Shown: one piece after another, positions 40,260-52,770 of the stretch | Layout: every line of letters starts with the position of its first letter | How positions within the stretch are numbered: the first letter of the stretch is position 1 | Assembly: GCA_053919585.1 (NCBI GenBank) | Contig: CM132812.1 | DNA length: 64,000 nucleotides | DNA from: Euprymna scolopes | Taxonomy: Eukaryota | Reading direction: 5' to 3' (one strand) | Program-made: the position numbers and the translations under genes | Notes under the pieces: model-generated | Database searches by the model: none | The model's input: the letters and a program-made list of their open reading frames with translations, nothing else | What the model was told of the DNA's origin: nothing

Positions 40260-41426
40260 GTGCGTCTTGTATTTGAGCACGTCACTTATTTCATCTTTTA
40301 TCCATTTCATCTTTTACTTTGTTTCTTTCAGAAAATTCATTATGGCAGATAACTCGGGAAATGAAAAGACATGCTGCAATAATGGCAGAACAAAGTGATT
40401 TGCGAATTGCATGATTTCTAAAAGAATTAGGACAAAACTGGTCCAATTTCTCCAGTTGCTAAATGCAAAAAGCATCAACAATGCTCTGATAGCATCAGAA
40501 CACCTTAATTTGTTCCAAGAGTTCAGAACATCATTGAGTTAATGAGGTCAATTGCAAAAGATCTTAATGTCTCAGAAGCCACAATTCGTAGGACTTGTCA
40601 TAAAAATCTTTGATACAAGTCATATGTGATGAAGAAAGGCCAGTTTATCTGTGGGACCAAAGAAAACCGGTTGGTAAGATCCAAGAGGCTTTTTTAAGCA
40701 AACTGAAACATCCTGCTGAGCAATACATTCTTTGGGTTTTTTCAGCCGAAAAAATTTTTGACTAAGACCAAAAGGTAAACCGAAGAAATGACAGATGGCC
40801 ATGTGCTGACCCTTTTGAAGTTCAAAGAGTCACGCACACAAAATTTCCAGCAACTGTTATGGTTTGGGGGGTTAGGGTTAGCAATGAGGGGCATGTGATG
40901 CCACCGCATTTCTTTCCACAAGGACTAAAAATTCTGCTGCTTACATTGAAGTCATGAGTACTGTTGTGAAGCCTTCGACTGATAGAGTAAGAAATGGAAG
41001 GTCCTACATCTTTCAACAAGACACTGCACCGGCACATAAGGCTCAGAAGACAAGAATGGTTAGCAGAGAATATCCATGATCACATTACCCCCAATTTGTG
41101 GCCTCCAAGCTCTCCAGACCTAAATCCGTTGGATTATTATGTGTGGGGCGTTGTTGAGAAAGATGTTAATAAACATCCTCATAACACTAAAGATTCTCTG
41201 AAAGCATCCATAGTCAGAGTAATGCAGGATATCGACGAAGACCATGTTAAACGTGCCTGCCAACGGTTTAGGTCTCTAATAGAAACTGTAATTGATGCTG
41301 AGGGCGATTTCTTTTAATAAAGTTAATTTTTATGTACAATAAAGTGACTTTTTGTAATACCAATTTTTTTGTGTCTTTTTGATTATTTTTAAAAAGGAAA
41401 TGTTCTCATACCAGACGCACCCTCTG
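40256..41426 (+). mobile_element. DD37D (maT) element, degenerate, copy B
   Basis: Duplicate of 24740-25908; ORF 40994-41317 contains WPPSSPDLNPLDYYVWG...ACQRF. Confidence 0.9.
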
Positions 41427-41434
41427 TGTATATA

Positions 41435-43063
41435 CAGTGATGATCATATTTATTGGCACGGTAAAATAAAAGTTAAATTTTGTCTAATAAATTCTAAAAA
41501 AGGGATTAAATTAAAGAAAATAACAAAGTATATTATGTATTTTTAACTGGCCTTTCCGATGCAGCAATCGGATTTTAGAAAAAATAAATAACAAAGGAAC
41601 AACAAACATAATTGCAAAAAACCCTTGTTCAAAATTATTGGCACGGCTTTGTTTTTCTTTTAGTATCAGTATAATATCAATCAATTTCCAGTTTACGTGC
41701 TTTCTGAACTTTTTTATAGCCATATTATGCTTGTTTAACGCTAATTCAGTGAATAATTTTTTTCAGATAATTTTTAGATAGCGATTTATTTAAACTATTA
41801 TGAGTGACTAAATTATAATTTTCAATCGCCATGGTTAAAACTAAGGAACAGCGAAGACATCAGGAAGCTTGTTGTAGCATGCCATACCAATGGGGAGGGC
41901 TATGATAAGATTTCAAAGAAGCTAAACCTTCCCAAATTCACTGTTAGAGCCATAATAAACAAGTTCAAATCGCAAGGCCACGTTATGAGTTTAGAGGGTA
42001 GAGGGAGAAAAAGGATTCTTTCCCCAAGAGATGAACGGAAAATTGTTCGACAAGTAAAACAAAACCCAAGGATCTCTGTTGGGGAGATTGTTGATAAACA
42101 GAGCACCTCTGGAGTGAATGTATCTCGACATACAGTTGGTAGAGTTTTGAAGAGAGCTGGTTTAAAAGCATGTCGTCCGAGAAAGACTCCCTTATTGAAG
42201 CCTATGCACCTGAAAGCAAGGCTAGCCTTTGCAAAACGTCATTGATAAAGATGTTGCATTCTGGAAACGTGTTCTATGGACTGACGAAACGAAAATAGAG
42301 TTATTTGGCCATAATAAAGTGTCTTATATTTACAGAAAATCTGGCGAAGCTTTCCTGCCTAAGAACACCATACCCACAGTGAAGCACGGTGGAGGCAGTT
42401 TGATGTTTTGGGGATCCTTTGCTGCCTCTGGACCAGGGCGACTTGTTAAGGTCACAGGTAGCATGAAAAAGGAAGATTATGTTAAAATATTGGATGAAAA
42501 CCTGAAAGACTCTGCTAAAGAGCTCTCACTTGGTCGTCGTTGGTGGTTCATGCAAGATAATGACCCAAAGCATTTGGCTAAACTGACTAAGAAATGGCTT
42601 GAGGACAATCATATTAATGTTTTGGAGTGGCCATCACAAAGCCCAGACCTTAATCCAATTGAAAATTTATGGAGAACATTAAAATTGAGGGTAATGCAAA
42701 GGAAGCCTAAGAATCTTATTCAATTGGAGGATTATTGTCAGGAAGAGTGGGCTAAAATTACTACTGAAGAGTGCAACAACTGGGTTGTAAACTATGAAAA
42801 GCGACTGAGGAAGGTAATCAAGGCCAAATGCTATACAATTGATTATTAAATAAATCGTGCCAATAATTTTGAACAAGGGTTTTTTGCAATTATGTTTGTT
42901 GTTCCTTTGTTATTTATTTTTTCTAAAATCCGATTGCTGCATCGGAAAGGCCAGTTAAAAATACATAATATACTTTGTTATTTTCTTTAATTTAATCCCT
43001 TTTTTAGAATTTATTAGACAAAATTTAACTTTTATTTTACCGTGCCAATAAATATGATCACTG
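41435..43063 (+). mobile_element. Tc1 element (DD34E) of IR/DR type, near full length, two frameshifts
   Basis: ~210 bp TIRs (41435-41645, 42856-43063) with TTATTGGCACG repeated at both ends of each TIR; TA flanks. Transposase from ATG 41831 to 42849: GRGRK, RKTPLL, WTDETK, QDNDPKH, SPDLNPIE. Absent from copy A. Confidence 0.97.
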
Positions 43064-44318
43064 TATATATATATATATATATATATATCTGCCAGTTATA
43101 CTATGCAACTGGTAGGATTATTTAGTCTGCTATGCAACACTTCTTTAGCTTTGATGTCCAAGCTTGACAACTTATATTTAACACCTGCATATTCAAGTGA
43201 ACACAAGTATCAACCAACTTGAATATTAATATTGCTTGCAATGTAAACGCCTTTCTCCCTATCCCAAGTGAATAAGAGTTTTAATTTAATCTTTATCTTT
43301 CAAAATGTAAAAGCTATACACTAGTTACCTCCCCTTGACAGCTTATTTTTTTTAACACTAAAAACATTCAAGAGAATATTTTTCATAGGCAACATACAAG
43401 TAACAAACTTACTGTCATTTCTAACTAATGTGAGTGAAGAAATCTTTTCAAATAAAAAAGCTACTTTATGCTATTTAAGAATCTTAACTTTTTACTGTTT
43501 CCTTGCATAGTCCAATTTCCTGAGTCAGTAGTTTACTGCATATATGTAATATACAATAGTTACCTCCCCTTCCCTAACTTTGAATATAAAAATTCAAGAA
43601 TCTCATTGAAAGGTTTTGAAGAGGATGCCTAGAATGTTAATTGACAAAAGTTAACTGTTCCATAATAAAATGAAGCCATATCTTTAGATTAACCAGAAAG
43701 CCATCCACAAACAATTCATTTCACTTACCTTTGTTGGGTTCCGGAAGCTGATCTTTGTGCTTAAATAAACAATTATGGAACAAACAGCCAGCACCATAGT
43801 TTCCATTTATAAGGAATGAACCCTGCTGCAGAAACGTATGTTATAAAGATGCTACACAACTAGTCTTCAAAAGATTGATTTTCTTCATGATTAAACATGT
43901 TGGATAGGGTACGCAATGAGTATGCCTGATCATCGCTTGAAGCAATGAATCCTTTATTAACTAAGAGCTGCTGGAGTTTATTATATCTATTATATAAAGA
44001 ATAGTTGTGTGTGTATGTGTGTTTGTACATTCAGCTAAAAGTCCAAATACAAAGCCAAAGAACCACAAAATTGCATATTTTTAATTCGTAATGCCTAAGA
44101 TGAATATATAAAATATAGAATGAATTATTCTTTTGGGGACAACTGGATCTATCAGTGGGCTGAACAAGGGAGAAAAGAAATAAGATGTTGTAGTAGAAAA
44201 ATGTACCCCCCCCCCTTCAGGGCAACTAACTCTGCTATAAAAAAAACAAACAACTGCTCATCTTCCAGTATTGCAATACAGAGATGGGGGTGGCTAAGTT
44301 GTTAATAATATGGACAAC

Positions 44319-44417
44319 CTGGGTTTGCAAAGTTAGAATCAGTTTGTTCCATAGAAACACTTTCACTTGATGGTGACAACCTTGACGGTGTCACTTCAAT
44401 AAGTAACCAATGTCTTT
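44319..44417 (-). CDS. Candidate 99-nt host exon (copy B)
   Basis: Duplicate of 27381-27479 with the same splice signals. Confidence 0.25.
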
Positions 44418-44891
44418 CTAGAAAGAATTCTTAGTAGAAAGATACTAGGGAAATGAATACCAACAATCATCCAATTCAGAAAAAATGATTAATGCTTCAC
44501 AAAAACACTAAAAACAACTTGACTATGGCTAGGGATCTTTATCCTGAGCCCCTCAAAGCAACAGATTAGACCATTCCTGTAATGATCTGGTTTGTGTTGA
44601 TTTTGTGGTGAGAGTTTAGTTCCGTGCAGTTCTAGGAGGTCACCCTCCCAAGCCTTACCTTCTATCTTTTAGAAGGGGTTAGTTTATTGCTAATCACCTG
44701 AGACACCCTCACCAGGAAGTGCTGATCGAGCTGCCCAGACACCTTTTGCAAGTCAGAGGGCCCCCTCCTCGGGGCTCAAACTTATCAATCTCACTTTCCA
44801 ACCCTGGTGTCGGAGTTCTTACAGTGAGAGAACTAACATTTGGTTCTCTACAGCCCAGTCTGAAAAGTCATCTATGCCATGGCAAAAGATC

Positions 44892-44935
<44 letters not shown>

Positions 44936-45752
44936 GACAAGTCAACAGCATTACTTGTTGGAGAGTTTGTGGTTCACCCGTCGTCTCCTCAACCACATGA
45001 AGTGGCTCCAGTATCAATGATACCAACCCTTCCTATATCACTCCCATGTTAGACTGTCATTAGAAGATGGTTTGGTTTATAAAAAAATCCTTGGCAGTAA
45101 TCTTGGTCTTCAATACAACTGACCTTCAGCTACTGCTTTCTGGTATCTATTTGCAAAGAAAAAAATAGAACGGAGAATCAGATTAAATGATATCGTTGAG
45201 GATGAAGTTGATACTCTGGCATGAGGTGACCAACTGATTGATTGGTTTTACTCGTAGTCTAAGGGTAAACTGGTTTTCAGGGCATTAAGCAAGTTTGTCT
45301 GCATGGGGTCAAAGGCAGTAAATTTGTGCGATTAGAACAAAACCTGTTGGAAAAACAAAATGAATGTCAACCTATTTTTCAAAACTAGTTCGGTATACAA
45401 AACTAGATGACATTTTAAAAAGGCGAGTAGTTTGCTTTTCAAAGAATTACTAGTCGTAAACTTTATACAGGATGTTCTGAGAAGCTAGATATATGACAGA
45501 TTAAGAAATAAAACAAACAATTTCATTTGTACTGAAAAGTTGAAAAATGAAAACAAGTTTCAATCTTGTGAAGTGAATAAGTGTTAATAGGCCAAGACAT
45601 ATTTAAGAAACTATGAATTTAAGTTTTAAATTATTTAAAATTTATAAGTTATTGACTTCCAGTAACTTATTTTATCTACTGAATGTGCAAAAGACAAAGA
45701 TAAGTACGAGTTATCTTACCTTGTAATCACAACTTAATGTAGGACAAAAAGG

Positions 45753-45787
45753 TTGGTTGGTTGTTTTGTTTTACGGCATATCAACTC
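45753..45787 (-). mobile_element. Extremely 5'-truncated SINE/LINE tail insertion (35 bp)
   Basis: (TTGG)n-TTGTTTTGTTTTACGGCATATCAAC flanked by the 13-bp TSD TAGGACAAAAAGG (45740-52, 45788-800). Confidence 0.8.
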
Positions 45788-46959
45788 TAGGACAAAAAGG
45801 GAAAGTGCCATCATGGAGGCATTGCCACTTCAAACAAGGACACTGCCACCAAAGCATAGGTTAATTTCATGCCCACCATCAAATGGTTGTCTCTTTCAGT
45901 GGCGATTATAAAAAAAAATTAAGAAAAAGCGAACTTAAAACTGCATGTAACTGTTGCTAAACAAGTGTTACATCTCATTTCAGTTTCATGTATACTTTGC
46001 TGCCATCGTTGACATCAACCTACTGACACCAACATCAACAGTCTACGTGCCCTTCACTGCCATCGCAGACATCGACCGGCTTGTTGCTACTGACGATATT
46101 AACAATACTACGAATACATCGCTGGCAACGATGACATCAACGTACTGTGAATACTATCGTCGTCGTGACCAATCTCCCGCGTATACATCGCCACCGATGT
46201 CAACGATATTAACCTACTGCGAGTAACTCGCCAAGATTCAACCAAACTCTCGGGTGATAACGACGCTTTGCCACTTTAAATCTGATTTGGCGAGAAAATA
46301 TATTTAATTTTATTCAGTCGTTTGTATTTTTCTTGCAACAATACACTTGTTTATTACAAACATCAGACCTTATTTTATGATTAGCAAAAAAGAAACTAAT
46401 CTATGGACAGCTAAAAGTGGTTCAAGGACAGTAAAAATGTTATATTGTAAACTGTAATAACAGAGGAACACTTAGCAGCTGAAGACAGAATGATGCTTTG
46501 CACGCCATGACTACCTCTAGGTTAGCTCTTGCCATTATTGGTTACTTTTGCATTCTAGTTTAGAATTGTGTGTGCGACTAAAATCTCCCTGCTGAAGTCT
46601 CATTAACAAACATTGTAAATTTTATTTAGCAATACTGAATAATTTGACATAAGTATTGATTCTTTGAACAGAAGATTCAAAAATACATATTTACCACACC
46701 AACTACAATGAAAATAAAATGAGAAAAATATGGGATAATTTTTTCACACAGGGAGTTTTGGTTCTAAGACATGTAATTTTTTTTCTTATAGATACTAGGG
46801 CACTATGTGACCAGCCAAAACCTGTTGGAGAAGCACAGAAGTATACCAACCCATTTTTCAAGAAGTTTTATATACAAAACTCTAGATCACATCTTAAAGT
46901 TTAGTTTTTCTTTCCGCAGAATTTTTAAAGGATTCTGAAAAACTGGACATTCATGATGG

Positions 46960-48670
46960 ATCAAAGGAGGGGGGGGATAATGCAGTGGTTCCTAATACCT
47001 TAAATAAAGTAAATGCGGGATCCTCAGGTTCCATAAACCCTGCTACCCTCAGCGATCGATCGACCGACTGGGTCAGATGGAGATGGAAATCGTTCTCCCT
47101 TCGTGTGCACGTGGGTTTGCTTCTGGTCGCGAGTTGACCCAACATCAGAGGCATGCCCATCTGGATTGGTTGGTTGGTTGTTTTACGGCATATCAACCCT
47201 TTTCGGATTATTTAATGCCAAATCCAAAGATTTTGAAGAAAAAATTTTTAATAGAATATATTTATTGTTTTCAAGTCGGTTTCTATTTAACCCATAGTTG
47301 GAACCCTTACAGGTACTACCACTCCAGATCAGAGTGGACCTGGGAGCAATGGTAATTAAAGGGTGGCTCCACACTCCCCAAAGCCCGCAAGCTGGGGCCT
47401 CACCACTGGATATAGTTGAAGGTCATATCAAGGACCGCCCATCTGGAAGATCTCAACCAGGACAGGGTTGCTGGGGCCTGTCCCGGTTCGGCCTGGAGTT
47501 TGGAGGAGGATGCGCTATTGTCAGCTTGCGCATCTTAGACTCAGGCTCGCGTCGAATTGTGGCAGATTCTTGGTTTAATCCGTCAGGGTACTGATCTGGA
47601 GATGGTAACCAGGCAGATCAACACCTTCCTCCTGCGCTACCTTTCCCTGTCCACTGGAGGGGAGGGGGATGATGCGCTAAGATCGGGTCGGCCGCTTAGT
47701 CACAAGCGGTCTGGGAGGTTGGAAAGGCTCTAGACAGAGGTCTGTGGCTGGTGTCCCGAAAGTTGACAAGAGGGCATTGCGGAGGGCGGCTTATGCTGCC
47801 ATTCAGTGACTTTACAGTGTTAAGAGGAAGGACTGCGCCGATGCGATCCTCTCTGGGAGATGGAGGATGCTACATTGCGTGCTAAACGAGGTTTTCCGGA
47901 GGGGTCCGTAGACTTCTGGGAGCAGAAGTTGTCCGCACCCGGCAAGCCAGACAAAAGACCGGTGCAGTCTATGGGGGCACGAGTGACAGTCTGTGCTTGC
48001 CCCCTCTGTGAGGAAGAGATGGAGAGTTCCCTAAAGGCTATGCGCGGCTCCTCGCCTGGCCTGGATCATCTCTCAGCCGATGAGGCTTTGCAGCGGTGCA
48101 AACTAGTGACAGCCACCTTAAACCTCGTGCTGCTTTGTGAAACACCTCCGCCTACTCCAATCCGATCTAGAGTCTCCCTTATTCCAAAGTCGTCGGATGT
48201 CAGTGAGCCCACCCTCCTGCATCCAATTGCTGTCTCCCCTATACTACTGCGCTGCCTCCATTGTATACTAGCGCAGCGATGGGCTCAGGTGTGTGAATTT
48301 CCCAATCAGTTTGCTTTTCCGGCTAGGGACGGATGCCTGGAAGTTACCACCTGTCTGAACGCCATATTAAAAGTGCCCATCGGGAGACAGAGGATCTGTG
48401 CGGTGATGATAGACTTGATGATCTGGCGGCGCTAAGGTTCAGCACACCAGGTCCCCTGATGTGCTACATCCGGGTGAGTTATGATGCTGCGACCAGCGTG
48501 CTTGGAAACCGGTTTTCACGCTTCCCATGGTGTTTGCTAGGGTGACCCTTTGTCACCTCTGCTTTTCAATATAGTCATGTCCGAGCTTGCTTATCAGATG
48601 GGGTCAATGGAGGTAGGAGCGTTGGCATACGCTGATTACCTTACTCTCCTCTCCCAGACTCAGAGTTAAA
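46960..48670 (+). mobile_element. R2-clade element remnant, copy B
   Basis: Duplicate of 29120-~30800 with an internal deletion and a SINE-like insertion; ORF 47860-48435; AYADYL motif near 48625. Confidence 0.85.
47166..47436 (-). mobile_element. SINE-like retroposon with (CCAA)n 3' tail
   Basis: 11-bp TSD GCCCATCTGGA (47155-65, 47437-47); empty site in copy A at ~29295-29305. Confidence 0.85.
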
Positions 48671-48761
48671 GACTTGCATGTACATGCCTCAGTTTCTGTA
48701 TTAATCAAAATATAATTAATATGTATACTTTACAACCGGGCAATGCCAGACTGCCTGCTAG

Positions 48762-48792
<31 letters not shown>

Positions 48793-49097
48793 TTTTTACA
48801 TACCTATTTGTTAACTAAATTATACAACAAAATTAATGTAATTAAATTAAAAACCTTATGCATAGGTCTAATGATTTATTCTCGAAGAGAAATTTATCAC
48901 GAAGACTCTTTGTAACAATGGCTATCCTTTAGACATTGGAATCTACCATGAAAAAAAAAAATTAGAAAAACTTCAGTTGGCAGATGTCCTTTTTACTTCA
49001 CCTAGTTTGGCTAGGTAATATAAGTGACAAATTTGTTAAATATCACTGGCTGTTCAGTGTTATTTTGCATGGATTTCCTTTTTCCAGACCCATGAAG

Positions 49098-49138
<41 letters not shown>

Positions 49139-49174
49139 ATTGCCCTTCCACCATAATAACTATCATTCATTTAA

Positions 49175-49500
49175 ATGTAGTTCCTGTTCACACTAAGTTG
49201 AGCTATCACAAAGATTGAATTCAGAGTCAAACAACACATTCCATCCAAGGTTAGACATGCAAATTATTCACCATCAGGTTTTGAATAATACTTACGGTTC
49301 AGACATCTGTGAACACCTTATTTACAGCATTTGTGCCTCCAGGTTTGGTGGACCAGTTTTCCAGCCTGAGCAAGTCGCACTCGCTTTTCATTTGAAAATT
49401 CTTGAAGCTGTCTGTAAAAGGTAAATTCTTTCTGACCTCTTTGCAAACAAAAAGATCTTTCAGGACTATCTGATTATTTCCCTACCATGTTGTTCCCCCA
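49175..49500 (+). mobile_element. Penelope-like GIY-YIG tail remnant, copy B
   Basis: SDICEHL...HLKILEAV; duplicate of ~33740-34060. Confidence 0.65.
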
Positions 49501-50000
49501 CAAAATTTCCATTGATTTTTTTTTTTTTTTTTTTTAAATTTAAAAAATCGTAGTTTAACCACGATTTAGCTATGTTGAGGGAGGCACGAAACTAATCAGC
49601 CAGGGTTTACATTTTTACTATTTAATTCAATATGTTGAATAAATTTGGTCCGTTATATCAAAATTCTGTACTAAAAAAATTCAATTGATATGCAATGCTT
49701 CAAGTGCAGGTAAAGAAAAAAAAATTTTTTTCAATTTGCACAGATAACATGATTAAACAAAAAGCGTTTTTAGTCTTCAAAACCTATCCATTCAAATATG
49801 TAATTATTTTCAATTAATATGCAACACTTCAAATGCAGGTAAAGAAAAAACATTGCATATATATGTACATACATTAATCATCAATTTAGAAAATTCAGAT
49901 TGTTTTTTCTATAAATTGTTGAACTATAGGTACAGTATATTAATACTTCACAATTGGTATGAAAGTGTTCCAAAAGTGATCTTATCCCTCCCCCCCCCCC

Positions 50001-50034
<34 letters not shown>

Positions 50035-50329
50035 GATTGCCAACTGAAGCTAAGACATACTTTTGAAAAGTGAAAATATATAAATAACAAAATCTAACTT
50101 GTCTATAGGAGTATTTTAAATAGAATCCTTATCTGTACATAAATACGTCTCAATTTTACTACCGACCTCATCTCACCCAATCTACTAAAAACTAATTTGA
50201 GAATCAAGATTCCAATGGTTCAAACTTATTCTATTATACTCAGATACACAAGGCATTCTGATATGATATAAAGAGTCACATGACCAGCTTTGTAGGCAGA
50301 ACTATTGGTTCAAACTCTTATATAGCAAG

Positions 50330-50702
50330 ATAACCACTACAAGGACATTAAAGCTCTTGCATTAAGAGAAATAAAAAATGATACAATGGATGTGTAATGC
50401 AAGTCTTAAAGACACGACTAGTTTTGATGAGGGTCAGATTAAATCAAGATAATATCGGGAGATGTTTGCAGAACAGAAAACATCAATGCTATGGCCATAT
50501 GGAAAGAATAATGGATTCTTGGGTGAGTAGACTTAGAACAGTTGAGGTAGCAAGTCCAACGAAAACGCAAGAAGTGATAAAATTGGACCTGAGGGAAAGA
50601 GATAAATAAAGACCCAACCAGATATAGATGGCTTTAAGAACTGGGCTTCTGGAATAATTTAAATGCTAGCATGGAAAACAGACTTTAAACTGAATATGAT
50701 AA
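50330..50702 (+). mobile_element. RTE-clade LINE 3' remnant
   Basis: KMIQWMCNA...YGHMERI resembles RTE MLRW..LRWFGHVERM; 3' tail GCTAGCATGGAAAAC.GAC.TTAAA. Confidence 0.6.
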
Positions 50703-50719
50703 AGTCTAATAAGGACTCT

Positions 50720-51165
50720 TACATCAAACCTGGAAACGACTCCGATGTTGTAATCCATGACAAATATACTTTACATGTTGCCAATCTAAATAGAAATTGA
50801 AGCTCGATAAGAGGTTAGGGTTACCAAGAGGATATACGAACCAATTCATTCAGTGGATTCTCAACATCTCAGGACATATGCAAGAACAATATCCTTTGGA
50901 GACGTCTATTATCCATTATAAACCTATCATCCATCCATTGTAGACTGCTTCTTTCCTAAAACTGCCCATCTGTGGAGCACTGTTCCATTGGACCGCCTCC
51001 CGTCCAACTATAGTAACTTTCATACCTAATGTAAACAAGTTCTTATTGAACTGTCCCCTTAATCAAATTGTACCCAACTTACACCATTAACGATTACACT
51101 ATCACCTTATATTTCATCCTTAAGTGGCATTCAGGCCTTGATAAGTAGTAATTCCCTTGTAAAAA
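50720..51165 (+). mobile_element. CR1/Jockey-group LINE 3' remnant
   Basis: CFFPKTAHLWSTVP matches the SFFPRT..LWNxLP C-terminal motif. Confidence 0.55.
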
Positions 51166-51305
51166 TATCAACCCACATAAATTTGGCAAATGGTTTTGAT
51201 CAGGATACTGCATTCTTGACTGAGTGTTTATTCATGAAATTCAGTTTTCTTCAGATTGACCATTTATCGAGAAATAGAAATGTAGTGTTAATGCCTTGTT
51301 GGCAC

Positions 51306-51350
<45 letters not shown>

Positions 51351-52329
51351 TATGCAAATGACCAAGCTGTGGTGAAAACATGATATTACAGAAATAAATG
51401 GATATATATACAATGGGATCAAGAGATAAAACGGGAAAAAGAGCATGAATTGGCGTGAAATGAAGTCTTCACAAGATGCAGGACTCGCCAATCCTCTGAA
51501 CCTTTTCAAAAGGTCAAACGACTAAACTGCATAACTTACACAATCTCTGTGCATAAGAAACTTAACCCAAAGAAAAAAAAACAGGAATATGACAATATTT
51601 TGTTGGTTTTGAGAATATATGGCAGCAACCTGGCATTAAAATGACTGCAATAAACAACTTTTGGAAGAAAAAGAAAAAAAAAAAAAAAAAAAAAAAAACT
51701 TAAGTCTTATTGAATTTCTTTTTCTTTCAGAGACTTATGGTTATGAGAAAAAAGAAAAGCAAAATTATATGACAAGAAGTTTGACCAGATCACGTAAGTC
51801 TTCTTACACATATGCAAATAAGATGGTACCAGTTGGTTAAAAAGCTGGCTTTCAGAGAAGGAGGGCAATAATTGGAATCTTGAGTGTACGTATACAGTAC
51901 GGAAGCACGATTTTTACTGTACAAGCCAAAACTACAGTCCCTCTATAAAACTATGATTTTAACCGATCGTAAAGCAGTCATTTCCTGAAAACATTTAACT
52001 TCATGGAGTTTAGCTTCCATGTAAATAAGTATTTCAACATTGATGGCAATGGCAGTCCTTTGGCTTCAGTGTTGTTTAATATTTTATCTTGTACTTTAGA
52101 AAAAGTACAAGTTGTTTGAAATCATTGCTACTTCTACAGTTGAACTTCCCTCTTCATAAACCTCTATGGAAGGTGAAGTCAAGTCAATAGTATGGTACAG
52201 GTTATCTGGGATTTATTCTCTACTCAAGTCATAGTGATTTGATAGTCAATGCCCTGCCCTCAAGTTCTAGGAAGTCCGAGAGAAATGAAAAAGGATATGA
52301 TAAAGGAAATAAGATTTATGTCCCTTTTT

Positions 52330-52770
52330 TTTCATTTTTCTTAAACTTTTTCTTCTAGGGGATGGGACATTTACCCCTATTTTAGTTAGTCCAACCAAGA
52401 GATCTTTTCAGGATTCTAGCCGTCCCTTTCAGTGCAATCGTTTGTATTTCACTTGCACTTGGTTCACCGGGTATGCTTGCTATGTACTTTTTAAAGTACA
52501 GTTTCATAAGCCCAGTTGCTCCTATGATGACTAGTATAATTGAAACGTCTTTTAATTTCCAATTTCGTTTCATATCATACATAAGTCCTTGATACTTTGT
52601 TATCTTTTCCCTCTCAACTCTGTTAAGCCCTGTATCATTGGGTACACTGACCTCTATTACGGTCGCTTTGTTTGCTCTGTCCCAAATCACTATATCTGGT
52701 TTAACAGCTGCGTTTTCAAGATATGTAGCAGTAGCGATTATTGTCCCCAGTGTGAGTTTTCATATCAGTA
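52330..52770 (-). mobile_element. R4/Dong-like non-LTR element, 3' fragment (restriction-like endonuclease)
   Basis: KPDIVIWDR..ATVIEVSVPND...EREKITKY..L...W...IIGATG...TARIL: PD-(D/E)xK-type RLE domain up to the stop at 52382. Confidence 0.8.

Larger units (their letters stand above)
34657..49984. repeat. Tandem segmental duplication, copy B (~15.3 kb)
   Basis: Collinear with 18893-34639; carries extra Tc1 and SINE-like insertions and lacks A:~20014-21063. Confidence 0.95.
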
